A DNA stretch of 64,000 bases from Pseudomonadota bacterium (lineage in GTDB: Bacteria; Pseudomonadota; Gammaproteobacteria; JAKBBU01): NCBI GenBank assembly GCA_021808365.1, contig JAKBBU010000001.1, forward strand, positions 30,615 through 94,614, written 5' to 3'. Positions 40,362 to 49,826 of this stretch are shown piece by piece. A program made the position numbers and the translations under genes. Under the pieces are notes generated by a model. It was not told where the DNA came from. It was given only the letters and a program-made list of their open reading frames with translations, and did not search any database. Numbering within the stretch: the first letter of the stretch is position 1; every line of letters starts with the position of its first letter.

Positions 40362-40654
40362 ACACCTACCTTAACTAAATATTTCTTTGTAAGCTTCCGG
40401 CTTGGAAAAATGGTTTTAAGAAATACCGTTTGTTCATTTTTCGTCACATAAGGCACTAAATATACATACCCATCGATATCAACAACATAAATTTTTTGGT
40501 TTGGATATTTTACTCTATTAGGATGATCGATAACGTCCAACAAATTACCATTATTCAGAGCTACGACCACATCTTCAAAGCTGATATGGCGCCCTTTTAT
40601 TAAGAGCTGATTTTTATCAGCTGAAAATTCGTAATCTGGTTTTGGACTCTCCAT
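40358..40654 (-). CDS. brnT: BrnT-family ribonuclease toxin (DUF497)
   Basis: 98 aa, FEWDxxK-type N-terminus (YEFSADKNQ), and a gene organisation typical of brnT-brnA (toxin first, 4-nt overlap). Confidence 0.6.
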   Translation of the reverse strand: MESPKPDYEFSADKNQLLIKGRHISFEDVVVALNNGNLLDVIDHPNRVKYPNQKIYVVDIDGYVYLVPYVTKNEQTVFLKTIFPSRKLTKKYLVKVGV

Positions 40655-40725
40655 GTTCTAAAGATAACACAATGTTCGACTTTTGTCAACTCGTTCATTA
40701 GGGTCTATATTTTTAGCTGTACCCA

Positions 40726-42069
40726 TTACAACACCGCCAGCGCCTCATCCAATTTACTCACAGCAATCACTTCGATGCCCTCAGGTGCAACCTTGGGTGC
40801 ATTTCCCTTGGGCACAATTGCCCGTTTAAATCCATGTTTAGCGGCTTCACGTAAACGTTCTTGGCCGCTGGGGACTGGTCGAATCTCACCGGCGAGACCA
40901 ATTTCACCAAAGACGACTAAATCCTGTTCCAAACTACGCTGCCGCAAGCTGGTTAAAACTGAACAAATGATCGCTAAATCAGCACCGGGTTCTACTACGC
41001 GGATCCCACCAACAGCATTGACAAATACATCTTGATCATAAGTCGCCACACCGCCATGACGATGCAAAACCGCCAATAACATGGCCAATCGATTTTGATC
41101 GAGCCCTACGGTTACGCGACGCGGATTGGCTAAATGGCTGGTATCAACCAAGGCTTGAACTTCAACCAACAACGGCCGACTACCCTCCCAAGTCACCATG
41201 ATCGTACTGCCCTTGGATTCTCCGTGGTGCGATAAAAAAATGGCGGAAGGATGACTCACTTCGCGCAATCCTTTGTCGGTCATCGCAAAGACACCCAATT
41301 CATTGACGGCACCGAAACGATTTTTCACAGCGCGGATCACGCGAAAACGGCTATCGCTTTCACCTTCAAAATATAAAACCGTATCGACCATGTGTTCTAA
41401 GACGCGAGGACCTGCTAGTGTTCCTTCCTTAGTCACATGTCCAACCAAAAATAAAGCCGTGCCCGTTTGTTTAGCAAATTGAACTAAGCGCCCTGCACTT
41501 TCGCGCACCTGCCCTACGCCGCCGGGTGCGGATTGTAGATTTTCAGTGTGCACGGTTTGAATAGAATCGATCACAATGATCTTAGGCAATTCTTGCTGAG
41601 CAATACTGATGATCCGCTCTACAGAAGTTTCTGCTAATAATTTTAGATCCTCACCCAATCCCAAGCGGCGAGCACGGAGCGTGACTTGAGTGAGCGATTC
41701 TTCGCCCGTGACGTAGAGCGCAGGAATAGAACGTTGCATATGGCAGAGGGTTTGTAAGAGTACGGTGGATTTTCCAATCCCTGGATCACCGCCGAGCAGG
41801 ACGACAGAACCTTCCACCAAGCCGCCGCCGAGCACGCGATCCAATTCGCTCAAACCTGTAGGCATACGCGCTTCATGTTGAATGTGAACCTCACTCAAAC
41901 GCATGATTTGAGAAGTTGTAGCTGCATAGCCTTGAAACCGCGAAGATTTAGGAAGCACCGCTTCTTCGGTAAAGCTATTCCAAGCGCCGCAATCGGCACA
42001 TTGCCCCATCCATTTGGGCGAAGGTACACCGCAGTTTTGGCAGACGTAGTTGAGTTTTATTTTTGACAT
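40726..42069 (-). CDS. radA: DNA repair protein RadA/Sms
   Basis: N-terminal C4 zinc finger (CQNCGVPSPKWMGQCADCGAW), RecA-like Walker A motif GDPGIGKST, a KNRFG motif and a Lon-like C-terminal domain. Confidence 0.9.
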   Translation of the reverse strand: MSKIKLNYVCQNCGVPSPKWMGQCADCGAWNSFTEEAVLPKSSRFQGYAATTSQIMRLSEVHIQHEARMPTGLSELDRVLGGGLVEGSVVLLGGDPGIGKSTVLLQTLCHMQRSIPALYVTGEESLTQVTLRARRLGLGEDLKLLAETSVERIISIAQQELPKIIVIDSIQTVHTENLQSAPGGVGQVRESAGRLVQFAKQTGTALFLVGHVTKEGTLAGPRVLEHMVDTVLYFEGESDSRFRVIRAVKNRFGAVNELGVFAMTDKGLREVSHPSAIFLSHHGESKGSTIMVTWEGSRPLLVEVQALVDTSHLANPRRVTVGLDQNRLAMLLAVLHRHGGVATYDQDVFVNAVGGIRVVEPGADLAIICSVLTSLRQRSLEQDLVVFGEIGLAGEIRPVPSGQERLREAAKHGFKRAIVPKGNAPKVAPEGIEVIAVSKLDEALAVL

Positions 42070-42231
42070 GAGCTTAGACTATTGAGATTTGAGGAAGAAA
42101 GCAAGTCGGACTTGAGTTATAAAAGAGCAAAAAACTTGACGTTAAAAAATTAGTCATTTATAGTCCTATTTCAAGTTGGGACAAACTTTGCTTGATAAAA
42201 ATATTATAGTAAAAATGCTAAATGGAGAACA

Positions 42232-42891
42232 ATGATGAGTTATTTGAAACTTTTCGCCGATCTGAAACCGCTTACCGAATTCAAGGGAAGTATTAGTGAC
42301 TTTCTTAAGTTTACAGGTGACTTTAAAAAATTAGAAAAAATTACCTTGGTAAATGTTAAACAACATTCTGTACTTGAGTTAAAAAACAGAGTTAACCAGC
42401 TGATTAATAAAATTCCTGAATTGGTAAATTTACAATCATTCAAGTTGGAGAGTTTTCATTATTATCAAGATGAAGAGACCTTTAATGATTTATTTAAAGC
42501 ATTACCAGTCGATCTAAATTCTCTTGAACTGCCACATTTTTTAGTTGACAGTGCTGATAAGGTGGATAAAATAGCGGCATTATTTTCTACGTTTCCGAAA
42601 GGCTTAAAATCGCTTGATTTATCAAACAATAACCTTTTGTGCTATATAGTACCGTTATTCGAGAAAAATTCACACGCTACCCCTTTTTCAAATCTGCCTC
42701 CAGAATTAGTTAACCTAAATTTGTCTGAAAATACTTTGGAGGTAACCTCCAATGATCGATCGGGTTATCAAATAAGACCAACATGTGCTGTAAATAACAC
42801 TCTCTCTCAATTGCGAGAAAGGAAGATAAATGTGTTACTGACGACAGTTGCTGATCTTGGTGAACAAAATGAAATTGAGTTTAAATTTTAA
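42232..42891 (+). CDS. Small leucine-rich-repeat (LRR)-like protein, candidate secreted effector
   Basis: LxxLxLxxNxL units are present (LKSLDLSNNNL, LVNLNLSENTL, LNSLELPHFL). There are no homologs among the core genes here, and the region is AT-rich. Confidence 0.5.
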   Translation: MMSYLKLFADLKPLTEFKGSISDFLKFTGDFKKLEKITLVNVKQHSVLELKNRVNQLINKIPELVNLQSFKLESFHYYQDEETFNDLFKALPVDLNSLELPHFLVDSADKVDKIAALFSTFPKGLKSLDLSNNNLLCYIVPLFEKNSHATPFSNLPPELVNLNLSENTLEVTSNDRSGYQIRPTCAVNNTLSQLRERKINVLLTTVADLGEQNEIEFKF

Positions 42892-43129
42892 TCAACTTAT
42901 TCCGGCTGGTCTTGCCTCTTAAAACGCTTAAAGTCGAAACTGGCCGGTTTAAATGTTTTGCCAAAACACGAAGGACCGCTTAATTCGCTTTATTATTTTC
43001 TGGTGGTGCTTTTACGTAAACCAACAAGACTTCTTCGCCATTGGAAAGCGTTCGCATGTCGCCAATCCGATCGTTGGATGCGTTTGGCATAACTCGAATG
43101 GCAAGGGTTGTTTTATGTTCTGGCATCAT
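42881..43129 (-). pseudogene. DUF167/YggU-family gene interrupted by an in-frame TAA
   Basis: The N-terminal part MMPEHKTTLAIRVMPNASNDRIGDMRTLSNGEEVLLVYVKAPPENNKAN stops at TAA (plus 42980-42982). The same frame continues AVLRVLAKHLNRPVSTLSVLRGKTSRNKLIKI, which aligns with the YggU C-terminus (…[35 protein letters not shown]). The 3' end overlaps the LRR gene 3' end. Confidence 0.4.
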
Positions 43130-43142
43130 GACAACTTTTAAA

Positions 43143-43230
43143 AGTAGGTTGGGTTAGAACAGCCGACAGGCTGAACGTAACCCAACAAGCTCTGCAAAAA
43201 ACAAAAATGTTGGGTTACGCACACCCTTCG
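43143..43230. repeat. Family-A repeat, full first module plus truncated second module
   Basis: GTAGGTTGGGTTAGAACAGCCGACAGGCTGAACGTAACCCAACA...TGTTGGGTTACGCACACCCTTCGGGC. It is followed at 43234-43266 by a separate perfect hairpin (GACGATTCTAAGTTGGCAACTTAGAATCGTC) overlapping the argH stop. Confidence 0.75.
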
Positions 43231-43243
43231 GGCTTTGACGATT

Positions 43244-44710
43244 CTAAGTTGGCAACTTAGAATCGTCAGAAATTGATGAAAAATGATCAGATAACTTAAA
43301 CTGTTCCGAAACCTTCTGCATCAATTGATGTTTCTCATCGATCCAAGCTTGTGTTTGCGAAATTTTCTCATGAAAAAAGGCAATCTCGTGATCGAGCTCG
43401 GCATCATGAGCATGTGCAATGGTCTCGAGCGAGAGCGCTTCATAAACGCTTTCATCAATGGCATTTGAAAATTCTCGCATTTGCGCAAGGCTTAATTCTT
43501 CAAGGGTACAATTTTTCTGCGTGCAGTGTGCAACCATCTTTCCAACGATTTCATGCGCAGTACGAAAGGCAACTTTCTTTTTGACGAGGTATTCGGCTAA
43601 TGCAGTTGCATTTAAAAAGCCTTTTTGTGTAGCGGTAAACATAGCTTGACGATTAATGGTTAAACTACTTAATAAGGGCGTATAAACAGTCAATACTGCC
43701 TGCAAGGTTTTTACCGTATCAAACAAGGGTTCTTTATCTTCTTGTAGATCACGATTATACGTTAAGGGTAATCCTTTCATTAATGTTAAAAGATTCATTA
43801 ATGATCCATAAACCCGCCCTGTTTTTCCACGCGTTAATTCTGCCACATCAGGATTTTTTTTCTGCGGCATCATGCTACTGCCTGTGCAAAACGCATCACC
43901 CATTTCAATGAAATTAAATTCTTGGCTGGACCAGAGAATTAATTCTTCACTCAAACGAGACAGATGCATCATGATGAGGCTTGCGATGGATAAAAATTCA
44001 ATCACAAAATCACGATCGCTGACTGCATCCATATTGTTTAAATATACAGCATTGAACTTTAGCAATGAAGCCACATCGTGTTTATCAATCCCAAAACTAC
44101 TGCCATTTAAGGCCCCTGCCCCTAATGGTGATTGATTGACACGCGACCAAGTAGATTGTAATCGTTCACTATCGCGTTGCAACATAGCCGCATAAGCTAG
44201 AAAATATTGAGAAAGAATGACTGGCTGAGCTCGTTGTAAATGCGTATAACCTGGCACAACTACGTCGCGGTGCGATTGTGCGAGTTGGACTAATTGTTCT
44301 TGTAATTGTAGCAATCGATCCAGGATATCTACAGTTTGGCGACGCAGATACAAATGTAAATCCAAGGCCACTTGATCATTGCGGCTGCGCGCAGTGTGCA
44401 GTTTTCCAGCAACGTCCCCTATTTCCGCATGAAGTAAACGCTCAATATTCATATGAATATCTTCATCTTCCATGCGAAATTGAAGCTTCCCTGCTTCTAT
44501 TTTTTGTGCAATTGTCGCTAAGCCATGTTGTAAAATTTGAGCATCGTGCTGATCTAAAATCTGGCGCTGACCCAACATCGCTGCATGCGCCATGCTGCCC
44601 AGGAGATCATCATAGGCGAGCGCCTGATCAACATGGATCGATGCTGTGAATTGCTCGACTTCAGGGTGTGTGCTCGCATTAAATCGACCTCCCCAGAGTT
44701 TTTTACTCAT
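43244..44710 (-). CDS. argH: Argininosuccinate lyase
   Basis: The fumarate-lyase signature [12 protein letters not shown] is present, and the N-terminus KLWGGRF is typical of ArgH. The start is placed at [10 protein letters not shown]; the six-frame ORF extends further upstream into argG. Confidence 0.85.
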   Translation of the reverse strand: MSKKLWGGRFNASTHPEVEQFTASIHVDQALAYDDLLGSMAHAAMLGQRQILDQHDAQILQHGLATIAQKIEAGKLQFRMEDEDIHMNIERLLHAEIGDVAGKLHTARSRNDQVALDLHLYLRRQTVDILDRLLQLQEQLVQLAQSHRDVVVPGYTHLQRAQPVILSQYFLAYAAMLQRDSERLQSTWSRVNQSPLGAGALNGSSFGIDKHDVASLLKFNAVYLNNMDAVSDRDFVIEFLSIASLIMMHLSRLSEELILWSSQEFNFIEMGDAFCTGSSMMPQKKNPDVAELTRGKTGRVYGSLMNLLTLMKGLPLTYNRDLQEDKEPLFDTVKTLQAVLTVYTPLLSSLTINRQAMFTATQKGFLNATALAEYLVKKKVAFRTAHEIVGKMVAHCTQKNCTLEELSLAQMREFSNAIDESVYEALSLETIAHAHDAELDHEIAFFHEKISQTQAWIDEKHQLMQKVSEQFKLSDHFSSISDDSKLPT

Positions 44711-45908
44711 CCCCTTCTCCGTTTTGAACTCTATGATAAACCTCCGTCGGCAAGCCGAAAATTTTAATAAATCCTTTAGCTGCTTCATGATCAAATTGAT
44801 CAGAGGCATCATAGGTGGCTAATTTTTTCACATAGAGCGAGCATGGCGATGTTCTCCCCACAACCGTCGCATGGCCTTTAAATAATTTTAGCCGAACTAT
44901 TCCACTGACGCGCGTTTGCGTTTCTGTTAAAAATGCTTGGAGGGCTGTACGCAAGGGTGAAAACCAAAGCCCATCATAAATTAAATTCGCAAATTGCTGA
45001 TCGATCACCGGTTTAAACCGTGCCACTTCACGCACCAAGGTCAAGGCTTCAAGAGCACGATGTGCGGTAATTAAAGTAATAGCCGCCGGTGCTTCATATA
45101 CTTCGCGTGATTTAATGCCGATCAAGCGATTTTCAATATGATCGATCCGCCCAATGCCGTGACGGCCTGCACATTGATTAAGTTGTTCAATGCAATCTTC
45201 AAATGATCGTTGCTGTCCATTGAATCCTATGGGAATTCCTTGCTCGAATTCAATTGTGATTTCTTCAGGCGTTTGTGGTGTTTCGGCTACAGGTTGTGTC
45301 AGCGCATAAGCAGCTTCTGGCGGTTCGACCCAGGGATCTTCAAGGACGCCACATTCACAGCTACGTCCCCAAAGATTTTGATCGATGCTAAAAGGATTTT
45401 CAAGGTTAACGGGTAATGGGATCCCATGTTGCTTGGCATAGGCGATTGCATCCTCACGCGCCATAGGATGTTCTCTGGCGGGTGCGATAATTTGTAAATT
45501 GGGCGCGAGTGCCTTAATGCTGATATCAAAACGTACTTGATCGTTGCCCTTCCCTGTGCAGCCATGTGCAACTGCAACCGCACCTTCTTTTTTTGCAATG
45601 TCGACGAGTGTTTTGGCAATCAATGGGCGTGATAAGGCTGAAATCAAGGGGTAAACACCTTCATACATGACATTGGCATGCAAGGCTGGTGCAAGAAATT
45701 CTTGTGCAAATTGTTGTTTTAATGGCAGTGAATAATGTTTGATCGCACCGACTTTGAGGGCTTTTTCTTCAATGGGTTTGAGATCTTTACCTTCGCCAAT
45801 GTCGGCAGTGACGGTGACAACGTCATAGCCATAGCGTTCTTTGAGCCATTTAACAGCACAGGATGTATCGAGTCCGCCGGAGTAGGCGAGAATTACTTTT
45901 TTATTCAT
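44703..45908 (-). CDS. argG: Argininosuccinate synthase
   Basis: [11 protein letters not shown]-loop and conservation across the full-length ArgG. Confidence 0.9.
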   Translation of the reverse strand: MNKKVILAYSGGLDTSCAVKWLKERYGYDVVTVTADIGEGKDLKPIEEKALKVGAIKHYSLPLKQQFAQEFLAPALHANVMYEGVYPLISALSRPLIAKTLVDIAKKEGAVAVAHGCTGKGNDQVRFDISIKALAPNLQIIAPAREHPMAREDAIAYAKQHGIPLPVNLENPFSIDQNLWGRSCECGVLEDPWVEPPEAAYALTQPVAETPQTPEEITIEFEQGIPIGFNGQQRSFEDCIEQLNQCAGRHGIGRIDHIENRLIGIKSREVYEAPAAITLITAHRALEALTLVREVARFKPVIDQQFANLIYDGLWFSPLRTALQAFLTETQTRVSGIVRLKLFKGHATVVGRTSPCSLYVKKLATYDASDQFDHEAAKGFIKIFGLPTEVYHRVQNGEGDE

Positions 45909-45920
45909 TACTGACTCCTT

Positions 45921-46844
45921 TTATTTTAATAATAAATCTAACAAAATCGCTTTCTGGATATGCAAACGATTTTCACTTTGTTGAAAAACGACGGAGCATG
46001 CGCTGTCGGCCAGTGAATTGCTGACTTCTTTATCGCGCTCCATCGGCAAACAATGCATAAAAATTGCGTCAGGATCTGCATGTGCCATTAAGGCTTCATT
46101 GACTTGAAACCCTTCAAACACATGATCCGCACGCTGTGCTTCAAATCCCATGCTCGTCCAAACATCCGTATAGATAGCTTGTGCTTGTTTAACCGCTGCT
46201 TGAGGTGTTAAAAAAGCTTTAATATTGCCGCTATTTGATGTTAGTCGCCCCAATGCACGTGCAAGAATCCCAGGATCAGGCTGGCGGCTGTTTGGACAAC
46301 AATAATGCACATTGATGCCCATTTGTGGCGCTAATAATAGGAAACTATGTAACATATTATTACCATCACCGATATAAGTCATCGTCAATCCAGAGAGTTC
46401 GCCCCAACATTCTGTGAGCGTCAATAAATCCGCAAGCACTTGGCAGGGATGATGTAAATTAGACAACCCATTGATGATCGGTACTTTCGCAACACGGGCC
46501 ATTTGTTGTAAGGTATCGTCTGCGTGGGTACGGATCATGATGCCATGGCAATAACCGCTTAAGACATTGGCATAATCTTCTGGCGTTTCAGATTTACGCG
46601 TACTTTCGATGCTTTCAATGACATCGCCACCGAGTTCCCGCATCGCGATGGTAAAGCTAAACCGCGTCCGCAGAGATTGCTTATCAAAAATCAGTGCCAA
46701 TTGTTGGCCGGATAAATCGGTTCTGAGTTGGTGGACGCGACGTTGGGCTTTGAGACGGATGGCCGTATTGATGAGAGCTTGAATTTGGGCTGGCTTAAGT
46801 TCTTCGCCCGTAAGTAGGTGCTTGTGATGGGTTGTAGATTGCAT
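45921..46844 (-). CDS. argF: Ornithine carbamoyltransferase
   Basis: The STRTR carbamoyl-phosphate motif is present (SLRTRFSF), together with HPCQ and HCLP motifs. The start is placed at MQSTTHHKHLLTGEEL, since OTCs begin …HLL.L.D. The longer ORF has no homology in its first 39 residues. Confidence 0.8.
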   Translation of the reverse strand: MQSTTHHKHLLTGEELKPAQIQALINTAIRLKAQRRVHQLRTDLSGQQLALIFDKQSLRTRFSFTIAMRELGGDVIESIESTRKSETPEDYANVLSGYCHGIMIRTHADDTLQQMARVAKVPIINGLSNLHHPCQVLADLLTLTECWGELSGLTMTYIGDGNNMLHSFLLLAPQMGINVHYCCPNSRQPDPGILARALGRLTSNSGNIKAFLTPQAAVKQAQAIYTDVWTSMGFEAQRADHVFEGFQVNEALMAHADPDAIFMHCLPMERDKEVSNSLADSACSVVFQQSENRLHIQKAILLDLLLK

Positions 46845-46944
46845 TTTGGGCGTGCTTTTAACACAAAAAAAAGGCCTTGTGGCAAGCTTTTGGGGCTTTA
46901 CAGCCAAGTGTGTTGCATGTTTCATAACCACCTCGTCATTGTCG

Positions 46945-46981
46945 ATTGAATAAATATTCAATATAATGTATTATTATACAC
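46945..46981. promoter_or_regulatory. Tandem ARG boxes (ArgR operator) in the argF-argR divergent region
   Basis: ATTGAATAAATATTCAAT is a perfect 18-bp palindrome matching the ARG-box consensus wnTGAATwwwwATTCAnw. After a 1-bp gap it is followed by a degenerate second box, ATAATGTATTATTATACA. It lies 39-75 bp upstream of the argR ATG. Confidence 0.5.
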
Positions 46982-47019
46982 TCAGAGATGTGAGAATGCA
47001 ACCCCAAAAAAGAGGATTT

Positions 47020-47493
47020 ATGAAAAAGAAGATTGAAAAGCCTAATAAAACTCAATTGATTGTCGCCATCCAATCGATGCTGCGAAATGGATGTTTTGAA
47101 ACTCAGGACGACATTTGCCAAGCCCTTGAAAAAAAAGGGTTTGACGTCACTCAGGTGACGATTTCACGGATCATGAATAAGTTGGGTGCTGTGAAAATGA
47201 ATGAAGATCAGAAGATGGTCTATCGATTACCGGTCGAAACAACGTCGATCAAGGCGCAAGATGCCTTAAGTCAATTTGTACTAAACATTCTGCGTAATGA
47301 GGTACTGATTGTGATTCATGTTGCGCCCGGCTCGGCCCAATTGGTTGCCCGATTATTGGATCAGCAACATAAATTGGGCATTTTAGGTACGATTGCGGGC
47401 GATGATACGATCGTGGTGATCCCTGAAAAAGTGGCTCAGATTGATCAATTAATGAAGAAGGTTTCGGAGCTTTTGTTGGGGAAAGGTGTTTAG
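47020..47493 (+). CDS. argR: Arginine repressor
   Basis: Winged-helix N-domain (…QDDICQALEKKGFDVTQVTISRIMNKLGAVK) and a C-terminal arginine-binding/oligomerisation domain (GTIAGDDTIVVI). The start is placed at MKKKIEKPNK. Confidence 0.85.
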   Translation: MKKKIEKPNKTQLIVAIQSMLRNGCFETQDDICQALEKKGFDVTQVTISRIMNKLGAVKMNEDQKMVYRLPVETTSIKAQDALSQFVLNILRNEVLIVIHVAPGSAQLVARLLDQQHKLGILGTIAGDDTIVVIPEKVAQIDQLMKKVSELLLGKGV

Positions 47494-47520
47494 TAAAAAT
47501 AATGAAGTTGGCTTTTTGAA

Positions 47521-47557
47521 ACTGGATTCCCGCCTCCGCGGGAATGACAGGCCGTTG
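47521..47557. repeat. Family-B palindromic repeat between argR and yajQ
   Basis: CTGGATTCCCGCCTCCGCGGGAATGAC. Confidence 0.8.
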
Positions 47558-47565
47558 TGGAGGTT

Positions 47566-48048
47566 TCAATCCCGAAAATTATCAAATTGCAGAGGAATAT
47601 CCAGTTTTTGCTCGCGTAAAAAACTGATGGCTTCTTGAAGGTCATCACGTTTTTTGCCGGTGACTCTGACTTGATCACCTTGAATAGAGGCTTGAACCTT
47701 GCTCTTTTGTTCCTTGATCAATTTGGATATTTTCTTGGCATTTTCCGTATCAATACCCTGCTTGATTTCCACAATTTGTCGTGCTTCATGCAGACTCGTT
47801 TGGACATCTTTAAAAACAAGGATCCGAATATCCAATTGACGGGCCGCAACACGTTTTTCGAGGATATCTTTCATTTGCTTGAGTTGAAAATCCGTCGGCG
47901 CGCTCATCGTGAGCTTTTCATCTTTTAATTCAAACTTGGCTTTGACGCCCTTAAAATCAAAACGGTTATCGACTTCACGTTGGGCTTGATCAACGGCATT
48001 GGTAATTTCATGTTGATCAACTTTTGACACGATATCAAATGATGGCAT
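47566..48048 (-). CDS. yajQ: YajQ-family (UPF0234) nucleotide/c-di-GMP-binding protein
   Basis: MPSFDIVSKVDxxEVxNAVDQAxREVxxRFDFKG is the highly conserved YajQ N-terminus. About 160 aa. Confidence 0.8.
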   Translation of the reverse strand: MPSFDIVSKVDQHEITNAVDQAQREVDNRFDFKGVKAKFELKDEKLTMSAPTDFQLKQMKDILEKRVAARQLDIRILVFKDVQTSLHEARQIVEIKQGIDTENAKKISKLIKEQKSKVQASIQGDQVRVTGKKRDDLQEAISFLREQKLDIPLQFDNFRD

Positions 48049-48059
48049 GATTTTTTCTC

Positions 48060-49676
48060 CTAATGATTTTTTTCTAAAATCCACACTAATCCATTAATAG
48101 TGCTCTCTTCCTGTCTACGTAGCGCGACAGATTCACAAGCCCACACTGAGAAACCATATTTCTGGATCAATTCTAAAACATATTGCTCATGATGTGCAAA
48201 GCGGGCTGTGGTTTCTAATTTGTAAGGATAGTGAACCGATTTTTCCACCGTAAAGCAAAAAAAGCCTGAAGTTTGAAGCAAACGCATGGCTTCACAAAAA
48301 ACAGCGTCTAAATCACCCACATAAATAAACACATCAGCCGCAAGAATAAGATCGGCTTTTTCTTGAATATTCACAAGTGCATGGAACAGATCATCTTCAA
48401 TTAATTGATCATAAATCGATAGTTGTGCAGCAATCGCGAGCATTTTTTTTGATAAATCAATCCCAATTAATTTTCCGGCATAAGGCTTGAAGAGTTTACC
48501 ACATAATCCTGTACCGCAACCGAGATCCAAGATCCGTGCAGCTTGAGGCTTTAATGAAGTCACGCTTTGAAGGCTTTTGAGCAATAATTGCGGCGCTTGA
48601 TAACCCAGCGTATCGACCAAATGTCGATCATAATGATCGGCATAACGATCAAATAAATGCTGAATATAATCAGATGGTGCGGATGAAGGTGTGCATTCTT
48701 GTTTCATCGCTTGCAGCATGTAGGCGACAGAATGATTATTGGGTTTTAAAGCAAGTACACATTCATAATGTGCCATTGCTTTTTCTTTTTCTTTGAGCTC
48801 TGCATAAAGATTGGCAATGTTTTGATGCGCTTCCGACATGGCAGGATCCAAATCAATCGCTTTATTGTAATGCAAAATCGCGAGCTCTTTTTCACCTTTT
48901 TGATGAGCAATCACACCTAGATTGTATTGTAAATTAGCGGATTGATCACTGATGTGTGCTGCTTGTTTAAAGTAAATATCTGCACGGTTTAATTGTTGTT
49001 CCGCCAATAGGACAACGCCCAAATTATAAAGCGCTTCATAAAAATCAGGTTGGCGATCGAGGACTTTTTCATAATGATCGATGGCCAGTGTGTATTTTTC
49101 TTGCAATTGATAGAGTTTTCCCAATTGAAAATGCACTTGAGGCAAATGAGGGGCAAATTCTAGGATACTTTTTAAGCAATCAATGGCCCGATCAAATTCT
49201 TTTTCTTTATCGAAGATGCGGGCTAAATTATACCAAGCGGCCAAGTAATCTTGACGAAGATCCAAGGCTTTTCTGTAGCAATCCTTTGCCGCTTGAGTCT
49301 CATGAAGCCGATCATAGGCATTGCCCAGATTGTTATAAGACTCAGCATGGTTGGGATCACATTCCAAAGCTTGCCGATGGACGGCAATGGCTTCGGTAAA
49401 TCGTTGTTGCGCCTGCAAGGTATTACCCAAATGATTATGGTAAGCGGGTTCATTGGGATCTTGTTCAATGGCCAAACGTAGGTAGCGCTCAGCTTGAACA
49501 AAATCGGATTGTTGTGCTGCAATGATCCCTAGCATATGGATCAAATCTGCCTGTGCGGGCTGGACTTCATGAGCTTGCTCAAAGAGTGCTTTTGCCTGAT
49601 CAAGCTGCTTGGATTCGAAGGCTTTTTGCGCTTGAGCAAGGGTTTCTTCAAAAGATGAGGAGATATTTTTAATCAT
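48060..49676 (-). CDS. TPR-repeat protein fused to a class I SAM-dependent methyltransferase domain
   Basis: At least 8 TPR units in the N-terminal 330 aa (repeated …A..Y..AL.L.P….A..NLG…). The C-terminal domain carries SAM-binding motif I ([12 protein letters not shown]) and motif post-I (LIGIDLS). Confidence 0.7.
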   Translation of the reverse strand: MIKNISSSFEETLAQAQKAFESKQLDQAKALFEQAHEVQPAQADLIHMLGIIAAQQSDFVQAERYLRLAIEQDPNEPAYHNHLGNTLQAQQRFTEAIAVHRQALECDPNHAESYNNLGNAYDRLHETQAAKDCYRKALDLRQDYLAAWYNLARIFDKEKEFDRAIDCLKSILEFAPHLPQVHFQLGKLYQLQEKYTLAIDHYEKVLDRQPDFYEALYNLGVVLLAEQQLNRADIYFKQAAHISDQSANLQYNLGVIAHQKGEKELAILHYNKAIDLDPAMSEAHQNIANLYAELKEKEKAMAHYECVLALKPNNHSVAYMLQAMKQECTPSSAPSDYIQHLFDRYADHYDRHLVDTLGYQAPQLLLKSLQSVTSLKPQAARILDLGCGTGLCGKLFKPYAGKLIGIDLSKKMLAIAAQLSIYDQLIEDDLFHALVNIQEKADLILAADVFIYVGDLDAVFCEAMRLLQTSGFFCFTVEKSVHYPYKLETTARFAHHEQYVLELIQKYGFSVWACESVALRRQEESTINGLVWILEKNH

Positions 49677-49826
49677 GATTTCATATTAACTCGAATCAAA
49701 CCCCTCTGCCTACCCATCATAAAGAAACCGCTTGCATTAAGACTGAACATATGTTCTAATTTGCCGAGTTTGTGCCCGAGTCCTCACTGGGTTGCAGAAA
49801 GTAAAAAGTTTGTTCAGAGGAAAGAA

